Positions 45,362-55,476 of a DNA stretch of 64,000 nt are shown here, piece by piece. A program made the position numbers and the translations under genes. Below the pieces are notes generated by a model. The model had not been told where the DNA came from, did not search any database, and saw nothing but the letters and a program-made list of their open reading frames with translations. The DNA is taken from contig OZ241865.1 in NCBI GenBank assembly GCA_965203275.1, positions 960,001 to 1,024,000 on the forward strand. Reading direction: 5' to 3'. The stretch's first letter is position 1. Each line of letters opens with the position of its first letter. Source of the DNA: Bdellovibrionales bacterium (GTDB lineage Bacteria; Bdellovibrionota; Bdellovibrionia; Bdellovibrionales; JAUICD01).

Positions 45362-47740
45362 CTAAGGAATGATCTCAATACATTCGCCTCCCAGACATTG
45401 CATCATTGCACTATCTGTGCAATCTAAGTCTGTTTGACACTCATCTTCAGTATCATCATCATCTGAATCTGGAGTTGAGCCTATACCCGGACCTGGACTT
45501 GCTGGTACGTTTGTTTTTTCCCCTCTGACACAACACACTCCTAACTTTGGAGGAATAATTTCTTCTATCCCTCTATTTGTCACTTTTGTGAATCTATAAA
45601 CATCATAAAATATAAAGTCTTTCCAATCTGTGTGACCATGGAGATCTAACTCCTCACAAGATGTGTGTTTACCAGAAAAAATATGAGGATCATCTACTGT
45701 TCCTTCTTTTTGGTCTGCTCCATAGCTCCCCCATCCTGCAAAGTAAGCAGCCATTCCACAGCTAGGATAACAGTTCGTCACATTTTGATAAGTTCTCAGC
45801 GAATAATGAGGTTGAGGACATATTTTTTTAGAAGATCTTCTGCAACAGGTTTGAGCATCATGGACTTTGCTTGTGATTTGTTGGATGTTATAATTTTGAG
45901 TGTCTTGGCATTCTGCATCTTTAGCAGTTTCCAGACCAGGTAAATTATTTTTTGGTAAAAAGTAAGCACAAGGAGGCAGACAAGCATTATCTACAGTTTT
46001 AAAGTTTTCTTTGAGCTGCTCTGCTGTACATGCGTTTTTTGTATTTGTTTTAGGTGCTTCACAACGTTTTTCGCCTGTACTACGAGGTTTATTACGACAT
46101 GTCCAAAGGTATTTATCTGCTGTATCCTCAGGATGATTGTGAAAGTCTCCTTTTGCACACGTATTGGGTGTTGGACCACATTGTCCTATCACTGTGCTAC
46201 CACCTGTATCACCGGTACTGCCTGTGCCACCACCTTTGCTAGAGTAACTACCTAACATAGCCCCACCTGTGCCATTTGTTTTTGGCAATCTATAAAACTG
46301 CACATTACTTCTCTTACGTACATTATTTCTCACTCTATGCCTTGCAAGCCCTGAAATCATAAAGCCTACGACTTCTCCAGCTTTTGGTACCCATCGATTT
46401 AAAGGATGTTTGTTGATATGCCCTCTCCATGCACTACTATAGACTTTACTTAAAGGCTTTGTGTTCTCATGACCAAATTTACATATTTGTCCTGGTCGAA
46501 GCCATTCGTATGTTGCACCATAATAGCGACCTTTGATTTTAACGAATACCCAGGGATTGCCATCTAGCTGACCGCTACCTAAGGGGTTCCCTGTAGGCCA
46601 TCGACCTCTCTCTGTATCATTAATACAAATTTGTCCACCGCTTTTCACTTGAACAGAAGTTATGCGAGAAGTTTCAGCCCATCCACTCACATTTTGGTGA
46701 AGCCAAGTCACTTTTGAAAAATTAAAATCAGAAAAGGCATGTTCTTTGTTTGAGTTTCCTCTACTTGAACCTGTCCTTGGATATTTCCATCGACCGATAG
46801 CATTACGTTCACATGTTTCATTTGTGACATCAGTCCATGCAGGTAGCGGAGTATTAGCTCCTGCTCCTCTTAAAAAATCAATAATTTGAACGTCTGCACT
46901 ATTATTAGGACTTCCTTCACCACGAAAATAGGCCACAGCATCTGCGGAAATGCGATTACAATTTCCTCTGACACAGTTATAGCCAAACCTGTCGTCTATT
47001 TCTCTAAACCTGGCCACAACTAAATCCAAAAATCTATGATCATTTGTATACCTTGAACCATCCCATACAGCCCTATAAGCTGCTGGATGGGCAGTAGCTA
47101 ATTTTTGTACCTCACGTTGTAAGTTAGGTGGCCGTCTTGTAGATCGAGAATTACAAGTAGATACAGCACTGGAAGCTGTGTCGCTGTCTGAATTTGTGTT
47201 TGAGCTTGTGTCTGAGTTTGTGTTTGAGTTTGTCCTTGGATACTTCCAATAACCCTTTGCTGGATTAGCCCTGCCTTCGTGTCCTGTGTGACCCCAATAA
47301 ACTTGACATCTTGAAGATATGATGTCTATAAAACGCAGATCGCTACTTCTATTTCCGTTGCCACTTCCACAATAGTAAGCAATGGCATCATAAGATGCAT
47401 AGTTAAGGTTATGTTGTGTCCTGTGGTAATAGCCCCATTTGCTATCTGTTTTTCTCAGCTCTACAAGGACTTTCTCTAAAAAATCATAGTTACCAGAATC
47501 AGAACAATTATTAGAATTTCTGAGTAAGTTGGGATGATCTCTTGCGACTTCTTGTACAGTAGAGAGTCTATTGGGAGCAGAGCATTGTCCAAGAGATGTG
47601 CTACGATCTGATGTTCTATCGGTTTCGGTCGCGGAGATTTCTCTTGAGGCTAGACTACCAGCATCATTCTCTTTTGCACAGCTAATCATTTGAAAAGAAA
47701 TAACAAATATAATAATAAATTTTAAATAATATTTTTTCAT
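45362..47740 (-). CDS. Modular Cys-rich secreted lipoprotein, paralog 3 (D-C-B-Cys tail)
   Basis: MKKYYLKF...MISC lipobox; the same domains in a different order. Confidence 0.85.
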   Translation of the reverse strand: MKKYYLKFIIIFVISFQMISCAKENDAGSLASREISATETDRTSDRSTSLGQCSAPNRLSTVQEVARDHPNLLRNSNNCSDSGNYDFLEKVLVELRKTDSKWGYYHRTQHNLNYASYDAIAYYCGSGNGNRSSDLRFIDIISSRCQVYWGHTGHEGRANPAKGYWKYPRTNSNTNSDTSSNTNSDSDTASSAVSTCNSRSTRRPPNLQREVQKLATAHPAAYRAVWDGSRYTNDHRFLDLVVARFREIDDRFGYNCVRGNCNRISADAVAYFRGEGSPNNSADVQIIDFLRGAGANTPLPAWTDVTNETCERNAIGRWKYPRTGSSRGNSNKEHAFSDFNFSKVTWLHQNVSGWAETSRITSVQVKSGGQICINDTERGRWPTGNPLGSGQLDGNPWVFVKIKGRYYGATYEWLRPGQICKFGHENTKPLSKVYSSAWRGHINKHPLNRWVPKAGEVVGFMISGLARHRVRNNVRKRSNVQFYRLPKTNGTGGAMLGSYSSKGGGTGSTGDTGGSTVIGQCGPTPNTCAKGDFHNHPEDTADKYLWTCRNKPRSTGEKRCEAPKTNTKNACTAEQLKENFKTVDNACLPPCAYFLPKNNLPGLETAKDAECQDTQNYNIQQITSKVHDAQTCCRRSSKKICPQPHYSLRTYQNVTNCYPSCGMAAYFAGWGSYGADQKEGTVDDPHIFSGKHTSCEELDLHGHTDWKDFIFYDVYRFTKVTNRGIEEIIPPKLGVCCVRGEKTNVPASPGPGIGSTPDSDDDDTEDECQTDLDCTDSAMMQCLGGECIEIIP

Positions 47741-47876
47741 AAAAATCTCTTTTGTTTTGTTATTGTTGTTTTGTTTTATTGCTTTGTTATTATGCACTTA
47801 TATATTTATCGACAAAAATGACTTTCACTTAAATATACTTTTCTTTTTCTTTTTCAAATTTAGCTAAAAGTCATAG

Positions 47877-48154
47877 TTTTCCCTAAAATTGAACTAGCCT
47901 CTGGCTACTTTTGGGCAGTTAGCCCGACGACTTTCGTCGTCGATCAAAGGCTAACTGCCAGAAAACATGCCAGAGGCATGATTTATTTTGAGTGAAACAA
48001 ACATCTTGTTTCCTTAACATCGTGTAAAGAGACGAGAGGATCCTCCTCTACTCAAAATGAGCGGATTTTTGAGGCATTGCTCTTTTTAGACAGCGATAGC
48101 TGTCAGAGCAATGCCCAAAAACACACCAGAGGTGTGGCTCATTTTGAGTGAAAC
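47877..48154. repeat. Family A cluster (plus partial, minus full copy)
   Basis: Minus copy 48005-48154 with P3 GACAGC-GATA-GCTGTC and P4 CACACC-AGA-GGTGTG. Confidence 0.9.
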
Positions 48155-48269
48155 AAATGAAAACTTGCAGATCAAAGATATAAAGTTTAAAATCTTTACT
48201 TAGACTTTTAAAAATAAAAGCTTATATTTAAAAATAAAAACTTATATAATGACATATAAGGAGAATATA

Positions 48270-48941
48270 ATGAATTCACAATACATGATGCTACTCGTTC
48301 AATTTAGTTTGTTTATTGTTCCTTTTTTGTTTGCTATTTGCTTCCATGAATGGGCCCATGGATGGACAGCTAAAAAAAAAGGCGACAACACAGCAGAAAT
48401 TTTAGGACGTTTAACTCTCAACCCCGCAGCACATATTGATATACTCGGCACATTGGTTATACCCTCATTGGCTTTATGGTTTGGATGGCCTCTTTTTGGA
48501 TGGGCTAAGCCTGTCCCCGTCAATCCTAGAAATCTTAAAAATGTCAAAAATGATATGTTCTGGATTGCAGCAGCAGGACCACTTTCTAATATCTTATTGG
48601 CTTTTGTAGGATCTGGCGTTTTATATCTTTTACTCCATGCTCCATTTCCAGCAAAAACTGATACTCTTATGAATTATTATCAACCTCTTTCCATGATGTT
48701 AGTTTTTTTTATAAAAATTAATTTAGTATTGGCTTTTTTTAATTTACTCCCTTTGCATCCATTAGATGGAGGTAAAATACTTGCTCGATTTTTGCCTACT
48801 CATGTCAATCACTATTTAGAAAACCATCAAGGTACAAGTGCCATAGTTCTGCTCTGTTTAGCTGTAACAGGAGGTCTCACTTTTATATATTTCCCGGTCA
48901 ATTGGCTTGCTAGCTTAATGATACCAGAAAGATTTTTATAA
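48270..48941 (+). CDS. Site-2 protease (M50) family protein
   Basis: HEWAH, GRLTLNP, AAAGP.SN, FNLLPLHPLDG. Confidence 0.93.
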   Translation: MNSQYMMLLVQFSLFIVPFLFAICFHEWAHGWTAKKKGDNTAEILGRLTLNPAAHIDILGTLVIPSLALWFGWPLFGWAKPVPVNPRNLKNVKNDMFWIAAAGPLSNILLAFVGSGVLYLLLHAPFPAKTDTLMNYYQPLSMMLVFFIKINLVLAFFNLLPLHPLDGGKILARFLPTHVNHYLENHQGTSAIVLLCLAVTGGLTFIYFPVNWLASLMIPERFL

Positions 48942-48966
48942 CATATTAAAAAGGTTGAAAATCAAA

Positions 48967-49980
48967 ATGAAACAATCAAAAGAAAAGCAAATATTAATGA
49001 GTGGAATGCGGACCACAGGGACTTTGCATTTAGGTAATTATTTTGGTGCATTAAAGCATTGGATACAAAATCAAGATCAATACACTTGTTTTTTTGGAGC
49101 TATGGATTGGCATGCCATGACAGATGCCTATAAAGATTCAAAAGCAATGGACGAGAATGTACGTATTATGTTTGCAGAATGGATTGCTTGGGGGATTGAC
49201 CCTCATAAGTCTACTTTATTTGTTCAAAGTCGAGTACCACAACATTTAGAGTTTTTTATTATTTTAGCAAACTTAACACCTATGGGTTGGTTAGAAAGAG
49301 TCCCTACATGGAAAGAAGTTATTAACGAACTGAAATCTTGTGATGCTTATAACTTAGGTCGCTTTGCTTATCCTGTTTTGCAAACTGCTGATATTGCTCT
49401 TTATAAAGGGGGAGTGGTCCCTGTAGGTCAAGACCAAGTTGTACACATTGAACTTTCAAGAGAAATCATTCGTAAATTTAATCGTATTTATCATACAAAT
49501 ATTTTAATAGAACCTCAAGTGCTATTGACCCAGACACCTTTATTGCTTGGAATAGATGGTACTAAAATGTCTAAATCCAAAAATAATGTATTTCCTTTAT
49601 TGGCTGAAAAGTCTCAGGTTGTAAAACTTTGCCAAAAAATGATCACGGATCCTCAAAGAGCTAGGCGAGAAGACAAAGGCAACCCCAACGTATGTTATGT
49701 ACATACTATGCATAAGCTTTTTTCCAGCTTGGAAGATTTATCTTGGGTTTGGAATGGTTGCACCACTGCGGGGATTGGGTGTGGAGATTGCAAAGCAAAA
49801 CTTGCAGAAAATATTAATCAACAGATGGAAGAACCTCTTGAAAAAAAGAAGACCCTTTTATCAAAAACCAAAGAGTTAGATGAGATTATTGAAGATGGAT
49901 GCCAGCGTGCCAGATGTGTTGCTAAAGAAACTTTAGATCAAGTTCATCAAGTGATGTCTTTTAAACAAAATAAGGAATAA
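48967..49980 (+). CDS. trpS: Tryptophanyl-tRNA synthetase
   Basis: HLGN, YPVLQTADI, VPVGQDQ, KMSKS; Cys-rich C-terminus CGDCK. Confidence 0.96.
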   Translation: MKQSKEKQILMSGMRTTGTLHLGNYFGALKHWIQNQDQYTCFFGAMDWHAMTDAYKDSKAMDENVRIMFAEWIAWGIDPHKSTLFVQSRVPQHLEFFIILANLTPMGWLERVPTWKEVINELKSCDAYNLGRFAYPVLQTADIALYKGGVVPVGQDQVVHIELSREIIRKFNRIYHTNILIEPQVLLTQTPLLLGIDGTKMSKSKNNVFPLLAEKSQVVKLCQKMITDPQRARREDKGNPNVCYVHTMHKLFSSLEDLSWVWNGCTTAGIGCGDCKAKLAENINQQMEEPLEKKKTLLSKTKELDEIIEDGCQRARCVAKETLDQVHQVMSFKQNKE

Positions 49981-49986
49981 GCCTAA

Positions 49987-50751
49987 ATGAGTATAGATGT
50001 ACATTTAGAGCGATTTGAAGGTCCCTTAAGTTTATTGTTATATCTTATCAAGCGAGAAGAGATAGATATTTACAATATCCCTATCCATGAAATCACAAGG
50101 CAATACATGAAGGAGTTAGAGATCATGCCTCAATGTGATTTAGAAGTGGCTGGAGATTTTATTGCTATGGCAGCCACCCTTTTACAAATCAAATCCAGGA
50201 TGTTATTACCTATAGAGAGTTCTGAAGATGAGGAAGAATTAGAAGATCCTAGAAAGTCTCTTGTACAACAGCTTTTAGTTTATCAGGCTTATAAAGATGT
50301 AGCACACTCTCTTGATCAGCTACCTTTGCTAGGTAGAGACCTTTGGACAAGAGGAGTCAGAGGTATTTTACCTCAAACAGATCAAAAAATACTTGTAGAT
50401 GAAAATAGTCTTTTTATTTTGATTGCAGCTTATAAAAGAGCTTTTAATCTTTACAAAAAAAGAAATCATAAAGTCACAGTAGAAGAAATCACCCTAGCCT
50501 CTTGTATTTTAGATTTAAAAGAAAAACTAATTCTAGGTGAAAGAAAAACCTTTAAACAGCTTATAGATAGAACAAAGAATACAAAACCTCAAGTGGTGAT
50601 TGTGTTGCTATCTGTTTTAGAGTTAAGTCGTATGGGATTTTTGTCTCTCTTTCAGGCAGATGCAACTTGTGAGATTTACATTGAGACAAAAGCTCCTATC
50701 CAAAAAAATATTATGTCATTTATCCATCAAAATTATGAATATACAATCTAA
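49987..50751 (+). CDS. scpA: Segregation and condensation protein A
   Basis: FEGPL.LLL.LI, MAATLLQIKSRMLLP, EDPR, LELSR. Confidence 0.95.
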   Translation: MSIDVHLERFEGPLSLLLYLIKREEIDIYNIPIHEITRQYMKELEIMPQCDLEVAGDFIAMAATLLQIKSRMLLPIESSEDEEELEDPRKSLVQQLLVYQAYKDVAHSLDQLPLLGRDLWTRGVRGILPQTDQKILVDENSLFILIAAYKRAFNLYKKRNHKVTVEEITLASCILDLKEKLILGERKTFKQLIDRTKNTKPQVVIVLLSVLELSRMGFLSLFQADATCEIYIETKAPIQKNIMSFIHQNYEYTI

Positions 50752-50819
50752 TGCTACAAAGTGTTTAACAGAAAAGTAGAAACAAATGAGTAAAAATGAG
50801 CCTTAGATTTTATTCAATG

Positions 50820-51630
50820 TTGTTTCACTAAAAGTAAACTAACCTCTGGCTACTTTTGGGTTGCCAGCCGAAGGCTATTCGCCTTCTCAAATGCTGGCAA
50901 CCTCAAAAGTCCGTTTACTTTTAGTAGGAAGGATCTCATCGTCTCTTAACCACATGTTAAGGAGTTGTTTCACTAAAAGTGAACTGACCTCTGGTCACTT
51001 TTGGGCGATGACCGCAAAGGCTTTCGCCTTTGACAAAATGGTCATCGCCTCAAAAGCCTGTTCACTTTGAGTAAGGAGGATCCTCTCGTCTCTTAACTAC
51101 ATGTTAAGGAGTTGTTTCACTAAAAGTGAACTGACCTCTGGTCACTTTTGGGCGATGACCGCAAAGGCTTTCGCCTTTGACAAAATGGTCATCGCCTCAA
51201 AAGCCTGTTCACTTTGAGTAAGGAGGATCCTCTCGTCTCTTAACTACATGTTAAGGAGTTGTTTCACTAAAAGTGAACTGACCTCTGGTCACTTTTGGGC
51301 GATGACCGCAAAGGCTTTCGCCTTTGACAAAATGGTCATCGCCTCAAAAGCCTGTTCACTTTGAGTAAGGAGGATCCTCTCGTCTCTTAACTACATGTTA
51401 AGGAGTTGTTTCACTAAAAGTGAACTGACCTCTGGTCACTTTTGGGCGATGACCGCAAAGGCTTTCGCCTTTGACAAAATGGTCATCGCCTCAAAAGCCT
51501 GTTCACTTTGAGTAAGGAGGATCCTCTCGTCTCTTAACTACATGTTAAGGAAACAAGATATTCACTCCCGGGATCTGGGATCCGGCAATCTGGCATCCCG
51601 GGATCTGATGCCGGGTTGCCGGATCCCAGA
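50820..51630 (+). repeat. Family A tandem array: one variant plus four identical 147-bp copies, then heptamers
   Basis: CACTAAAAG starts at 50826, 50971, 51118, 51265 and 51412. Confidence 0.95.
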
Positions 51631-51637
51631 CAATGTT

Positions 51638-53860
51638 TTATAGTGGATTGTTTTTATAATATTGGAGAAGCCATTCCTGGACAATAGTAGGAGGAATTCC
51701 CAATCGCTCTGCTACCTTTTCATAACCTTCCCTACGAGCTAATCGCACTGCATTCTCTCTTTCTTTTAAAGTGTAATTCCGCTTGCTTTGAGATTGCTGA
51801 ACCCATTCCTCTAAAGTGGCAACTGGAATCTCCAATTGCTTTGACGCCATTGCATAACCTTCCTTACGAACTAATTGCACTGCTTTATCCTTTTGTTCTA
51901 GGGTGTAGTGTCTTTTAAGAATTTCATTTTTCTTTTTTTTGTCTTCTTGAACCTGGTATCCCTCAGCAACAAGAAGAATCCCTAATTGCTCCCTTACCTT
52001 TTTACTGCCCACCTTTGTCCTTTTATCGCCCACCCTACGAGCTAATCGCACTGCATTCTCTCTTTCTTTTAAAGTGTAATTCCGCTTGCTTTGAGATTGC
52101 TGAACCCATCCCTCTACAATAGCAAGTAAAGTGGCAATAGGAATCTCCAATTGCTTTGACGCCATTGCATAACCTTCCTTACGAACTAATTGCACTGCTT
52201 TATCCTTTTGTTCTGGGGTGTAGTGTCTTTTAAGAATTTCATTTTTCTTTTTTTTGTCTTCTTGAACCCGGTATCCCTCAGCAACAAGAAGAATCCCTAA
52301 TTGCTCCATTACCTTTTTACTGCCCACCTTTGTCCTTTTACCGCCCACTCTACGAGCTAATCGCACTGCATTCTCTCTTTCTTTTAAAGTGTAATTCCGC
52401 TTGCTTTGAGATTGCTGAATCCATCCCTCTACAATAGCAAGTAAAGTGGCCATAGGAATCTCCAATTGCTTTGACGCCATTGCATAACCTTCCTTACGAA
52501 CTAATTGCACTGCTTTATCCTTTTGTTCTAGGGTGTAGTGTCTTTTAATAATTTCATTTTTCTTTTTTCTGTCTTCTTGAACCCGGTATCCCTCAGCAAC
52601 AAGAAGAATCCCTAATTGCTCCATTACCTTTTTACTGTTCACCCTTAGCTTTTTACCGCCCACTCCGCCCACTCTACGAGCTAATCGCACTGCATTCTCT
52701 CTTTCCTTTAAAGTGTAATTCCGCTTGCTTTGAGATTGCTGAACCCATCCCTCTACAATAGCAAGTAAAGTGGCCATAGGAATCTCCAATTGCTTTGATG
52801 CCATTGCATAACCTTTCTTAAGAACTAATCGCACTACATCTTCTTTTTCTCTTAAAGTGTAATTCTGCCTGCTTTGAAATTGCTGAACCCATTCCTCTAC
52901 ACTAGCAACAGGAATCCCCAATCGCCCTGCTACCTTTTTATTGCCTAACATATAAGCTAATTGCACTACTTCGTCTCTTTGTTCTAGAGTGTATTTTTTC
53001 TGGCTTCGCACAGGTTTGTTCTTCTGTTTTTTATCTTCATAAACCCATGGATATAAAATGCCAGGATTTATATTTAATATCTCTACTACCTTTTTAACAT
53101 TACCTATCTGACGAACTAATTGCACTGCTCTGTTTTTTGTTTCTTGAGAGTAATAAGGTTTTTTTCTTTTTGATATGCTTAATAATGTTTGTCTTGCTTG
53201 CTTAATTTTATGAGAAAAATCTTCTACAATCTCTATATGAGGTTTATTTAAAAGCTCTGATACAAAATGGCTTGTATCCATCCTTAAAGCCTCTAAAAAG
53301 AAATGATCTATAGATATCGGATATGTTGCATTTGCTTTCTCAACATTTTTTTTCATAATAATAACTTTTTCTAATAAGGCATTTGCACTTTCATCATAAT
53401 CAAGGGCAGGTATGAAAGAGATATCTTCTAAATGAAGAATAAGTAAATCATTATCTCTTAACTCAAATAAAATAGGATTATGGACCTGAACATTTAACTG
53501 ACTTAAGAGGAATTCTTGAACTTCTCTTAAAATATTAAATTCTTTCAAAGTAATAACTAAAGAATTAAAATTAAGATGGCCGTCTATGTCTGTAAAGTGC
53601 AAGCGATTGATCTCTTTGTTTGAAGATTCAACTCTTGTCAAAATTGCCATAATAATATGATTTGCACTCACTGTTTGAGACTCAGAAGCATAAGCTATTA
53701 ATGAAGCTATAGATAACATATCTTGAGAGCTAGGAGTAAGCTTTCTTAATCTGGTGTCATCATGTTGATTTTGTGGCATAAGGCTTTCAGCACAAGCCCA
53801 TAGAGAATCACTGGCAATAAGCAAAACAATAAATAAAATAAAAATATATTTTTTCGGCAT
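51638..53860 (-). CDS. Secreted protein with Clp-N-like domain and ~10 tandem HTH_Tnp_1-like repeats
   Basis: Signal peptide; LTPSSQ..L..A...A.......HIIMAIL; repeats Y[ST]..[EQ][KR]..AV.L....G....A..L.IP.......WV; DNA repeats of 303-324 bp. Confidence 0.8.
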   Translation of the reverse strand: MPKKYIFILFIVLLIASDSLWACAESLMPQNQHDDTRLRKLTPSSQDMLSIASLIAYASESQTVSANHIIMAILTRVESSNKEINRLHFTDIDGHLNFNSLVITLKEFNILREVQEFLLSQLNVQVHNPILFELRDNDLLILHLEDISFIPALDYDESANALLEKVIIMKKNVEKANATYPISIDHFFLEALRMDTSHFVSELLNKPHIEIVEDFSHKIKQARQTLLSISKRKKPYYSQETKNRAVQLVRQIGNVKKVVEILNINPGILYPWVYEDKKQKNKPVRSQKKYTLEQRDEVVQLAYMLGNKKVAGRLGIPVASVEEWVQQFQSRQNYTLREKEDVVRLVLKKGYAMASKQLEIPMATLLAIVEGWVQQSQSKRNYTLKERENAVRLARRVGGVGGKKLRVNSKKVMEQLGILLVAEGYRVQEDRKKKNEIIKRHYTLEQKDKAVQLVRKEGYAMASKQLEIPMATLLAIVEGWIQQSQSKRNYTLKERENAVRLARRVGGKRTKVGSKKVMEQLGILLVAEGYRVQEDKKKKNEILKRHYTPEQKDKAVQLVRKEGYAMASKQLEIPIATLLAIVEGWVQQSQSKRNYTLKERENAVRLARRVGDKRTKVGSKKVREQLGILLVAEGYQVQEDKKKKNEILKRHYTLEQKDKAVQLVRKEGYAMASKQLEIPVATLEEWVQQSQSKRNYTLKERENAVRLARREGYEKVAERLGIPPTIVQEWLLQYYKNNPL

Positions 53861-54063
53861 TTCTTAACTCTTTACACCATTTTAAGGAAAAAGTTCCTTT
53901 TCCTTTTGACCTGATGCTAGGTTGCCGGATCCCGGACCTTTAGATAAACTTAGGGAAACAACGCAGGAAATAAGGCATTCACTTTTTTATTCTTTTAAAG
54001 TCTAAAAGATTATGGTTCTACAAATGTTGCATTGTTGCTTTCAAATTCAAAAATAGAGGTCAC

Positions 54064-55014
54064 CTAATCACTCTGTGTTTGTGTTTCTGTTGGTTCAGCT
54101 TGATGAGATGACTGGGTATAAAGAGCATTAGTGATATTCAATAAAACTTCTATAACCTCTTTTGAGGCATTAACTACAAATCTTGCAGGTGTGGCCCCAT
54201 CTATGTCAGGATTTTCTTCTAAATATATATAGCCAGATATCCCTATAGTAGCTCCTGCAAATAGAGTAGAGATTGTTCTTATTGGTCTTGGTATTGTTGT
54301 ACGCCATAAATAATATAGCTCCCTTAAGTAACTTCGGTTCCTTTGAAAGAAAGCTCCATATATTCGTTTCTTCTCTAATGGAGGTATTTCCATTTGTTGT
54401 TTTCTTAGCATTGCAAAATCATCTACACTTGTCGTGTCGCCAGGCTTTACTCCATGAGCTTCTAAAAGCTCCTTAGGATAATGATTTTTGGGAGTAGTAG
54501 GCTGATCATTATAAGGGAACAGTGAATTTTCTACATTAACAAGGGCCTCAGAATTTTTAATTTTTGTAGCAGGAGCAATAGCTTCTTTAGCTACCTGGCC
54601 TGGACGATCTACTATTTGAGCAGTATGCCTTAAACCCTTGAAGAAAGAACGTGACAATGCTCCAAATAAAACAGCATTTTCATATTGAAAAACATCAGCT
54701 GCATCTTGAAACAGAGTTATGATATTGGCTTCTTCTTCTGATAGCTCTATGGAGTATGTTCCCTCTTCTGTGATATAAGTGCCATCCTCTGCCATAGCTT
54801 CTTTATGATCTTCTGCTACTGCTATTAATTTAGCTCTTAAGTTTTCTAAAATCATTTGATCGATGCTCATTAAATGTTCAAGTACTTCTTGTTTGGCGAT
54901 AGCTTGATCTAGATGAGAAAAGTTTTGTGATTGTGCATTAAGTGTCATACTCAATATTAAAGTTAAAAGAAAACTCATTATACCACTTAAAATCTTTGTC
55001 TGATTTTGTTTCAT
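54064..55014 (-). CDS. Secreted hypothetical protein, paralog of 55477-57279
   Basis: Near-identical first ~115 aa and a shared YLEENPDIDGA.PARFVVN segment. Confidence 0.8.
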   Translation of the reverse strand: MKQNQTKILSGIMSFLLTLILSMTLNAQSQNFSHLDQAIAKQEVLEHLMSIDQMILENLRAKLIAVAEDHKEAMAEDGTYITEEGTYSIELSEEEANIITLFQDAADVFQYENAVLFGALSRSFFKGLRHTAQIVDRPGQVAKEAIAPATKIKNSEALVNVENSLFPYNDQPTTPKNHYPKELLEAHGVKPGDTTSVDDFAMLRKQQMEIPPLEKKRIYGAFFQRNRSYLRELYYLWRTTIPRPIRTISTLFAGATIGISGYIYLEENPDIDGATPARFVVNASKEVIEVLLNITNALYTQSSHQAEPTETQTQSD

Positions 55015-55378
55015 AATAATCACCTTCTTGCTCTCGCTTGATTTTTTTAGTTTTTAGTTACTTTTAGTCAGTTCATTTTATTTTTATTATTTTATTAAAA
55101 GCATTTAGTACTTAAAATAAAACCACTTTTACTACTCCCTCTTTTCCCTCTTTATTCAATTCACATCCCTCTTTTTTATTCCAGCGATTTTAACTTTAAT
55201 TTTAATGCAATGCAATAAAAAAATATTATTTTTCATGGAAAACTTCCTAAGTACTCTTTGAAGTCTTAATAAATACAATTGATTTCAAAAACTTATATAT
55301 TGATGCTATGCGTTATATTGTTTCGGATCAGTTGTGGGTGTATATTTTTGAAAGAATAAGTGACCATCCTTGTGTTCA

Positions 55379-55465
55379 TCCGGGATCGGGGATCCGGGAT
55401 CTGGGGATCTGGGATCTGGGGATCCGGGATCCGGCATCGCCTCAAAAATCTATGCATTTTGAGTG
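55379..55465. repeat. Heptamer/octamer GGGATC(C/T)G array plus family A fragment
   Basis: CCGGGATCGGGGATCCGGGATCTGGGGATCTGGG...CATCGCCTCAAAAATCTATGCATTTTGAGT. Confidence 0.8.
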
Positions 55466-55476
55466 ACAAACGAATG

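Noticed and set aside
40083..47740. Diversity-generating retroelement acting on the paralog triplet
   Set aside because: No reverse transcriptase and no TR/VR pair with adenine-specific differences are visible; variation is by domain shuffling.
48005..48154. Hammerhead ribozyme or group II intron domain V/VI reading of family A (stem followed by GAAA, bulged A, GNRA-like loops)
   Set aside because: There is no CUGANGA core before the stem and no convincing domain V catalytic triad. A novel ribozyme cannot be excluded without an assay.
50964..51553. CRISPR array interpretation of the tandem repeats (also 9220-10005)
   Set aside because: Units are 147 or 279 bp and identical throughout, with no unique spacers and no cas genes in the window.
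51638..53860. IS3-family transposon
   Set aside because: HTH repeats only: no OrfB/DDE integrase, no terminal inverted repeats, and the protein has a signal peptide.
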